NCBI GenBank assembly: GCA_021815445.1
Contig: JAKAGM010000001.1
Span: 787,710 to 851,709 of the forward strand
Source of the DNA: a bacterium
Lineage (GTDB): Bacteria > Patescibacteriota > Patescibacteriia > UBA10025
DNA: 64,000 nt
Reading direction: 5' to 3'
Below the pieces are notes generated by a model that was not told where the DNA came from, did no database searches, and saw only the letters and a list, made by a program, of their open reading frames with translations. Positions 58,265 through 64,000 of the stretch are shown in pieces; position 1 is the first letter of the stretch; each line of letters starts with the position of its first letter. The position numbers and the translations under genes are program-made.

Positions 58265-60445
58265 CTACCAATTTCCTCGGGCTCGTCTCACTCCTTCTTT
58301 ATACCTATCTTGTGTTCTGCGCTCTTTTTGTTGGAGCTCCTGGTATTTTGCATAATCAGCCGCTACCTCAGGCGGTGGCCCGGCCTTTTCTAAGGCATCC
58401 ACAACCGATTCTACATGCTTAAAGAACTCCGTGATGGTCATAGTTTTCTCCGAGATTTTCCTGATTTCCGGCTGTTGGAGCATTGCTCCAACACCCCTGT
58501 ACAGATCGTCTCGGCGCTGGTGTAATATACCGATTTTCACCCGATACTCCGCTACTTTTCTTTCCAGATCACGGACCTCCTGCTTCGCGTCTTCAACCTT
58601 TTTTCGGTGTTTTTCCTTCCCTAGGAGCATGGGCGAATTATGTTCCAACTTTTGTAGTTCCGCCTTCTTCCTTTCCGACTCTACCGTGGCAGCGTCGAGT
58701 TCACCTTCCATGCGCATTACCTCTCCGGCAAGCCCGGGGTAGGTTGCGGCGTCTCCGGCAATCTCTATAATATCGTCACCCTTGTATCGATACTGCCGCA
58801 AGTCGCCCAGGCTGGTGTCGAGCTTGGATATTTCACGTCCTCGTAGCTGCTGCGCACGGATGGTGCGCTCTGCCCGGTCAACCTCCGTATGTTGATCGAT
58901 AAACTCTTGCCGCTCGGCGCTTGCCCATTCGCTGTCCACCTTCACCCCCATGAGTTCTGTGGCTGTTTTGAAGGACTCGTGCTCTCTTTCAATATCCCGA
59001 TGCAATTCGCCGAGAGCTGTCGGAACATGCTCGCTGTTATTCCTGACTCGCCCCCTCACTGCGTCACTAAATGTAAGATGGAGATTTACTTCTGGGGCAG
59101 AGTAATCTTTTTTCGGAATAATATCATAGAGTTCGTAATCCTGCGTGCCGCGTACCTTGCCCGCCTTTATTTCCTCGAGAACAGTATTGAGAACACCCTG
59201 TATTTTTTCCAAATCGGCACGCATGACGGCTGGATCCAAAAGCTCAGGTGCGGACTGATATCCTCCCCCGTATCCGACTTGTTTACCTCGGAAAGGATGG
59301 TCCACGTCTACCGATTGAAGAAATTTTTCATACCCCGCCAGAGAACGATCATGTCGTTCGTCGAGCGACAGACTGCTCCCGACTGATCGTACCATGCTTT
59401 CGGCGTATGTTCGTGCGTCCCGTTCTTTGTGGTCCCACGGGGTATTGGCGCGTCGTGGATCCTTGTCATAGACCTGATACACGGCTTCCGCAAGACTCTG
59501 TTTCTGCCTGTCGATTACAGTCATAAGCCTGCGCACTTCACCGTATTCTTTGCCTAGATTATGGAGTTGCTCCATCTCGCGCTTTGCCGGCGCAAGTCCT
59601 TTGTGTTCCATGTGCGATTGAAATCCGCTTTCAATCGATTCGGCATATTGAGCTTTCATGTCGGCCTGATAAGCGGTGCGGCCGGCCGCACCGAGACCCG
59701 CTGTCGCTTCGACATCCCCCTGATGCACCATCTGCAGGTGCTCAACCTTGCCGATGGAGCCGAGAATCCTATTCGAGGTTGACCATTCGGGATCCGCCAG
59801 AGCGCGCAGTTCTTGCTCATGTCCCTCCTGAATTTTTTCTATACGCAGCGGGCGGCTCTCATCGAGAACTTGGGTTATCTCATGGTCAAGATGAGCGACA
59901 TGCCCATCGATCATATGCTGCAACTCCGCCATACTGGGCATGCGTTCTTTGTGTTTATTTGCTGTTTGGCCTTCCGTAGCTTCCTCGCCATCTGTGACCG
60001 GCATGCTCGGCCGTAACTGCTCTGCTACTCTCTTCTTGGTATTGCGAATAACGGCAACCCGTTCACGCGCAGCTGTTTTTTTCTGTTGATATGCGATTAC
60101 TTCGGGTTTCCGCGAATGATATTCCGATGAGAGAAGATCGCCAATACCCTTTATACCTTCTGCCTTGAGTATATCACCATACTTCTCCAATATTTCCACT
60201 AACGGCTTCCGTGCTATGCGGGCGCCTGCGACATCGGCGGAGAGCTTGTCGCCGCCGGCCAGGTCGAGGTCGGCGCGAAGCGCCAGCATGGCGGCTTTTT
60301 TTGCCTCAAGCTCCTTGAGTTTGGTTCCAGCACTCACGAACGCCTCTTCGCGCTCCTTGCGTTTTGCTTCCGCTTGGTCCCACTGTTGCCGCTGCCTGCG
60401 GAAATGCAATTCGTTGGCTAATGAGCCGTGCGTTTCTCTTTCCAT
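58265..60445 (-). CDS. Large charged coiled-coil protein, hypothetical (726 aa, no TM)
   Basis: Continuous ORF, K/E/R-rich heptad-like stretches. Its GC-rich codon usage appears to differ from neighbouring genes. Confidence 0.5.
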   Translation of the reverse strand: MERETHGSLANELHFRRQRQQWDQAEAKRKEREEAFVSAGTKLKELEAKKAAMLALRADLDLAGGDKLSADVAGARIARKPLVEILEKYGDILKAEGIKGIGDLLSSEYHSRKPEVIAYQQKKTAARERVAVIRNTKKRVAEQLRPSMPVTDGEEATEGQTANKHKERMPSMAELQHMIDGHVAHLDHEITQVLDESRPLRIEKIQEGHEQELRALADPEWSTSNRILGSIGKVEHLQMVHQGDVEATAGLGAAGRTAYQADMKAQYAESIESGFQSHMEHKGLAPAKREMEQLHNLGKEYGEVRRLMTVIDRQKQSLAEAVYQVYDKDPRRANTPWDHKERDARTYAESMVRSVGSSLSLDERHDRSLAGYEKFLQSVDVDHPFRGKQVGYGGGYQSAPELLDPAVMRADLEKIQGVLNTVLEEIKAGKVRGTQDYELYDIIPKKDYSAPEVNLHLTFSDAVRGRVRNNSEHVPTALGELHRDIEREHESFKTATELMGVKVDSEWASAERQEFIDQHTEVDRAERTIRAQQLRGREISKLDTSLGDLRQYRYKGDDIIEIAGDAATYPGLAGEVMRMEGELDAATVESERKKAELQKLEHNSPMLLGKEKHRKKVEDAKQEVRDLERKVAEYRVKIGILHQRRDDLYRGVGAMLQQPEIRKISEKTMTITEFFKHVESVVDALEKAGPPPEVAADYAKYQELQQKERRTQDRYKEGVRRARGNW

Positions 60446-60569
60446 AATGGTAGTGAGATTACTGTACCGTCAGTATACGCCGAAAGCTTTGTGGGTTACA
60501 CATAATTATCCACTCCCGCCAATTTCATGAATCCGCTTCTAATGAATACTCCTCAGAAGTGACCGGGTA

Positions 60570-62882
60570 TTACGTACCGGGCCTGCGATAGGGATCTACC
60601 CGCGTGAGCGGGGCGTATCCTCCGCCGTCTACTTCTTTTGCACCGGCAAACAGCGCAAACCTGTTGAGGTAGGTGCCCGGGGCAGACGGAGCTTTGAAAT
60701 AAAACTCGAAAGTGCCCGTTTCACCCCGTTTAACAGATTTTTCTTTAAGCTTGGCCACGGTGAAGCCGTTGAGCCAGGTCGAATCTTTAAACGGGCTTTG
60801 CGTGTTACCGAGGTCGTATACCTTCAGCACCGTTCCGCTGTTCCATGCGGTAAGCCCGACATTCTTGAATTTGACGGTTACGCGCGGGCGCCACACGTTT
60901 GCCATGGCTACCGGGATGGTAGAAGAGACAAACTGCGCCTGCACGGTCGGATATATTTTAGTAACCGTGGTTGTATCCGTTTGGGCGATGTTCTGTTTGC
61001 CTGCCAGGCGATACGTATTGAGATACAGGCCCGGAGTTGATGGACTCTTGAGGGCAAAGGTAAATGTTGCCGTTTCGTTTGTCTTTACTACTGTTTCCTT
61101 GAAATCAATCCTGCCGTCTTTGCTCGGCCAGCTAGGACTGTAGAAGCGGCTTTGAGCGTCTCCGAGATCATACATGGCCAATTTAACGTCCCCTTTTTTC
61201 CACGGGGTGAGCCCAGTATTAGTAAATTGGACCGTGACATTTTGGACGCTTTGGATAAATGTCGCGGCGAGCACATTCTGTTTCAGGAGAAGCGCGGCAT
61301 ACGGCAGACCCGTGATCTGCGCCTGAACCGCAAACGATGTGCCTTCAACAGGCGTTCCCGCGGATTGGATGGCAAAATTCTCCGTGACTTCCGCCTGGTC
61401 AGCCGGCGCTCTCACTTTAAAGATGAATCTCCCTGCTTCACCGGGATTGACGTTCGGAGTGGCGAGCGTTCCGGCAATCTGGGGCGACGTCCAGGTGGAA
61501 GCATGGAATGAACTGTCAGTTTGTTGCGCGGCGACGGTGAGCTGAGTGGGGCCGTACGACCTCCACACTGCCGTTCCGGTATTCTGAAACTCCACCCAGA
61601 TATCCTGCTCTGAGCCGTAGTGGATAGAAAGCGGCTGGGCGCTCTGGCCGGCATATTTCATCGCGACTGTCCCGCTGATCTGCCCCCCGCCTACTGCTTC
61701 AAACCGGGCTTCGGCATCAGTCCGGATTGCTGGTAGCTGTGAATAGAGATTCGCGCCGGGGCACAGGGTATTGTCGACATCCCTGTGGGCGACGACGTTG
61801 TTCATGGTTTGGTCCACAAAATAGCTTTGACCGCTCGGAGCGATGCCAAACTTGACCCCGAGATTGGCGATCAGCTTCGTGAGCGACTCGATTGCCTGGG
61901 CTGACGGCGTATTCGTCTCATAATCTCCAAGTACCGAGATGCCGATGCTTCCGCGGTTGTAACCGACTTTTTTCAGTTCGTTATATGTATGCCCTCCGAC
62001 AACACCGTCTCCGCCTGCCCGGCCTTCGTAAATCGTCCCGTTTTTGTCTATCAGATAATTATAGCCGATATCCCCCCAGCCCAAAACGACGGCATGGTAG
62101 TAATAGATGCCCCTCACGGTGGCCGCCGGATCCGCGCCTCCGTCTGACCCTGCGGTGTGATGAACTATAATTTTTTGAGGTTGAGCATATTCGAGCGGCC
62201 AGACTAAAGTCCCGTTTTGGCTTCGCCACGATTCGTCGGCTCCCCACTGCGCCCTGCTTACTATCTGAACATCAGTTCCGCCTACGGCGTGAGCCGCGGC
62301 AACGAGCGAGCGTACGACACCCGCAATTTGCAGAGTGGATGTTTGCTTGCTTGATGAGTCAAAATAGTTGAATGTGAGATGTCGAAGCGTGGGGAGGATC
62401 CCGCCCCCTGCAGTCAACTTATACTGCCATGAGGCGCTAAGATCAACAAAGAACGGCTCGGTATGTTGTTCCCCTTTTTCGCTCCAGCCGTCGGGCATGT
62501 CGCGCAACGGCTCCATGTCCCTCCAGCCGCTCCATGACCCGCCGGTGAGGAAGCGGACGGAGATTGTTACGTTGTCGGGTATTTGGCCATCCCACGAAGC
62601 TCCGATACCGTTGAACGGAAAATCAGCCTTGAACTCAGAAGAGATAAAGGTAGTCGGATCTTGATAGACACTCTGAGCGGGGGCCGACGCCATTGCCGCG
62701 CGAACCGTGCCGCTGTCCGATGCGCGTGCCGCCGGTACGAGAGAAAAGACGCCTGCGATGAGAAAACATCCCAGTAATGCAAACAGGGCGTAGTGTTTCC
62801 TGAACTTTCGTTTCATTTTTGATTTCAACTTCATCCTATAGTATAGCGTATTTTGGGCATTTTGTCCAGTACAATAAGACAA
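60570..62882 (-). CDS. Secreted N-acetylmuramoyl-L-alanine amidase (Amidase_2/PGRP domain) with C-terminal repeated beta-sandwich domains
   Basis: IIVHHTAG...GYNYLIDKNGTIYEGR...HRDVDNTLCPG. Signal peptide MKLKSKMKRKFRKHYALFALLGCFLIAGVFSLVPAARA (the start may be 62834 or 62816). Confidence 0.75.
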   Translation of the reverse strand: MSYCTGQNAQNTLYYRMKLKSKMKRKFRKHYALFALLGCFLIAGVFSLVPAARASDSGTVRAAMASAPAQSVYQDPTTFISSEFKADFPFNGIGASWDGQIPDNVTISVRFLTGGSWSGWRDMEPLRDMPDGWSEKGEQHTEPFFVDLSASWQYKLTAGGGILPTLRHLTFNYFDSSSKQTSTLQIAGVVRSLVAAAHAVGGTDVQIVSRAQWGADESWRSQNGTLVWPLEYAQPQKIIVHHTAGSDGGADPAATVRGIYYYHAVVLGWGDIGYNYLIDKNGTIYEGRAGGDGVVGGHTYNELKKVGYNRGSIGISVLGDYETNTPSAQAIESLTKLIANLGVKFGIAPSGQSYFVDQTMNNVVAHRDVDNTLCPGANLYSQLPAIRTDAEARFEAVGGGQISGTVAMKYAGQSAQPLSIHYGSEQDIWVEFQNTGTAVWRSYGPTQLTVAAQQTDSSFHASTWTSPQIAGTLATPNVNPGEAGRFIFKVRAPADQAEVTENFAIQSAGTPVEGTSFAVQAQITGLPYAALLLKQNVLAATFIQSVQNVTVQFTNTGLTPWKKGDVKLAMYDLGDAQSRFYSPSWPSKDGRIDFKETVVKTNETATFTFALKSPSTPGLYLNTYRLAGKQNIAQTDTTTVTKIYPTVQAQFVSSTIPVAMANVWRPRVTVKFKNVGLTAWNSGTVLKVYDLGNTQSPFKDSTWLNGFTVAKLKEKSVKRGETGTFEFYFKAPSAPGTYLNRFALFAGAKEVDGGGYAPLTRVDPYRRPGT

Positions 62883-62972
62883 CTAATGCGGAACTATAGA
62901 AATGGAGATTATGACAAAGTAGCCGGATGACCGGTTACTTTGTATTGAATAGGTTCTAAACTTACCGAGAGC

Positions 62973-64000
62973 TCATTTCTTTTCCGGCTGAACCGGTTTT
63001 TTCCGACGTACTACGATGAAAAAGATAACAACAATAAGGACAGCGGCAACAGCAATACCAATCCACGTCAGTGTTGATATACCGCTTGTGTCTGCAACCA
63101 CTGGTGCAGTCGTGACGGCATGGGCTGCGGAGATGATAGAGAAGTTCATTGATGCGCTTTCTCCAATTTTTGCTCCCTGAGCATCATACACGGCTACCTT
63201 TGCAGTGTGGTTTCCTACCGCGAGAGTATCGGCGAGAGTATACGTCCAGAATCCTTCATTATTGGTCGTTGTCGTATACGTTCGTTCCTGACTGGCAATG
63301 GTCAAACTAATAGTTGAGTTAGGCTCGGCGATACCCGAAAGTGTTATGTGCTGAGTATCTTTGAAAGTCAAAGTCTTTGTAGCATCTTCAAATGTGACCT
63401 TGCCTTCGTTTTCCGTCACTTTCATGTCCGCAGACTTAAGATAGTCATCCCCAGTCTGTGTGACAGAAGCTACACTTTTCAACCATGTTTGAAGAGTTGC
63501 TAAGGGAGTGGAGTGGTCAAGTTGAAACTGCATTTCGTCGCATCTCGGATAGCGCTTCCACGCATCATAGTATGCCTGATACACGCTCCCGAGATACGCA
63601 TCTGTTGTGCTGTCTTTCGTGAACAGTGTTTTTACCTTGATCGTCGAGGAATTGGAGACTGTGGTCGAAAAACTGCACCCGTATTTGCTTGCTATTTTGC
63701 TCGTTGAGCTGGTATCGGTATTCAGATTGGCAGACGTATTAGTGTTTACAACTGCCGTATTGGTATTCTGGTTCGTATTTTCAGAATCAGACTTTGTGAC
63801 GGTAAATACCGGCCCTGTGACGTCGTACTGAACGATATCGCCACCCGGGTCTACGTCGTTGGAATCAGAATACTTAGCTATGCGTATTGCGCCTGTAGAG
63901 GCATTAGAAGGGACTATCGCTTGGATTGAGGTATCAGTCCAACTGTCAATTCCGAAATCATGGTTGGTGACGTAGCCGTTACCAAAGTAGACCCAGAGAT
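62973..64000 (-). CDS. Partial CDS: Ig-like/adhesin-type surface protein with a C-terminal TM anchor. The ORF is open to the window edge.
   Basis: My own translation of the minus strand shows no in-frame stop from 64000 down to the listed GTG at 63584 (...LWVYFGNGYVTNHDFGIDSW...TNTSANLNTDTSSTSKIASKYGCSFS...). The C-terminus is ...GISTLTWIGIAVAAVLIVVIFFIVVRRKKPVQPEKK*. Confidence 0.55.
   Translation of the reverse strand, partial: LWVYFGNGYVTNHDFGIDSWTDTSIQAIVPSNASTGAIRIAKYSDSNDVDPGGDIVQYDVTGPVFTVTKSDSENTNQNTNTAVVNTNTSANLNTDTSSTSKIASKYGCSFSTTVSNSSTIKVKTLFTKDSTTDAYLGSVYQAYYDAWKRYPRCDEMQFQLDHSTPLATLQTWLKSVASVTQTGDDYLKSADMKVTENEGKVTFEDATKTLTFKDTQHITLSGIAEPNSTISLTIASQERTYTTTTNNEGFWTYTLADTLAVGNHTAKVAVYDAQGAKIGESASMNFSIISAAHAVTTAPVVADTSGISTLTWIGIAVAAVLIVVIFFIVVRRKKPVQPEKK

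Overview
The window is a gene-dense bacterial chromosome segment that looks like a small-genome, CPR/Patescibacteria-like organism. That call is an inference from the gene content: tightly overlapping operons, many TTG/GTG starts and weak RBSs, a short SMC, a CarS-like DUF46 protein, pilin-like C-terminal domains, and tRNAs mostly without encoded CCA. Reading left to right, the minus strand carries an ABC-2 exporter pair, and the plus strand a GT2 gene followed by two NodB deacetylases. Next comes a tightly coupled plus-strand operon (6714..11553). It contains a TrmB-like regulator, a Nudix hydrolase, RdgB/Ham1, a dGTPase-like HD protein, a patatin-like protein, a ParB/Srx-like hypothetical and an ATL alkyltransferase-like protein with PWHRV in place of PCHRV, and it ends at tRNA-Gly(TCC). 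Downstream of that tRNA is a 650-bp structured non-coding stretch holding direct repeats of the tRNA 3' end. A convergent pair of membrane-protein paralogs follows (12289..13767 + and 14814..15602 -). The two share a near-consensus sigma70 promoter, a 5' UTR and a roughly 37-aa N-terminal domain in inverted orientation, and they flank a small membrane protein and a 3D-domain protein. On the minus strand there is then a ribosomal block: rpsP, a KH protein, trmD, 16S rRNA and tRNA-Ile(GAT). No tRNA-Ala or 23S follows; instead there is a mosaic of tRNA-derived fragments with inverted repeats, an intact tRNA-Phe, and tRNA-Gly(GCC). Beyond tRNA-Gly(GCC) an array of direct repeats derived from its 3' end separates small cassettes (a PRTase, then PadR plus a DUF1700-like protein) and ends at a PEP-utilizing-domain protein and tRNA-Leu(TAA). 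The rest of the window holds smc, a near-complete pyrimidine operon (pyrB, pyrI, pyrD, pyrK, pyrC, pyrE, pyrF) plus an OTC-like gene, purD, rnc, nusB, rpmF and gyrA, then rpsA, ftsH, cca, an RluA synthase and rplS. Six more tRNAs are present, including an unusual tRNA-Ile(UAU). The window ends in a cell-envelope cluster: an M23 peptidase, a CarS-like protein, a GT-C glycosyltransferase, a 726-aa coiled-coil protein, a PGRP-type amidase and a partial Ig-like surface protein. Several repeat families and candidate regulatory elements are reported as findings. No tools were run, so all coordinates are hand-counted approximations (tRNA ends about ±2 nt).
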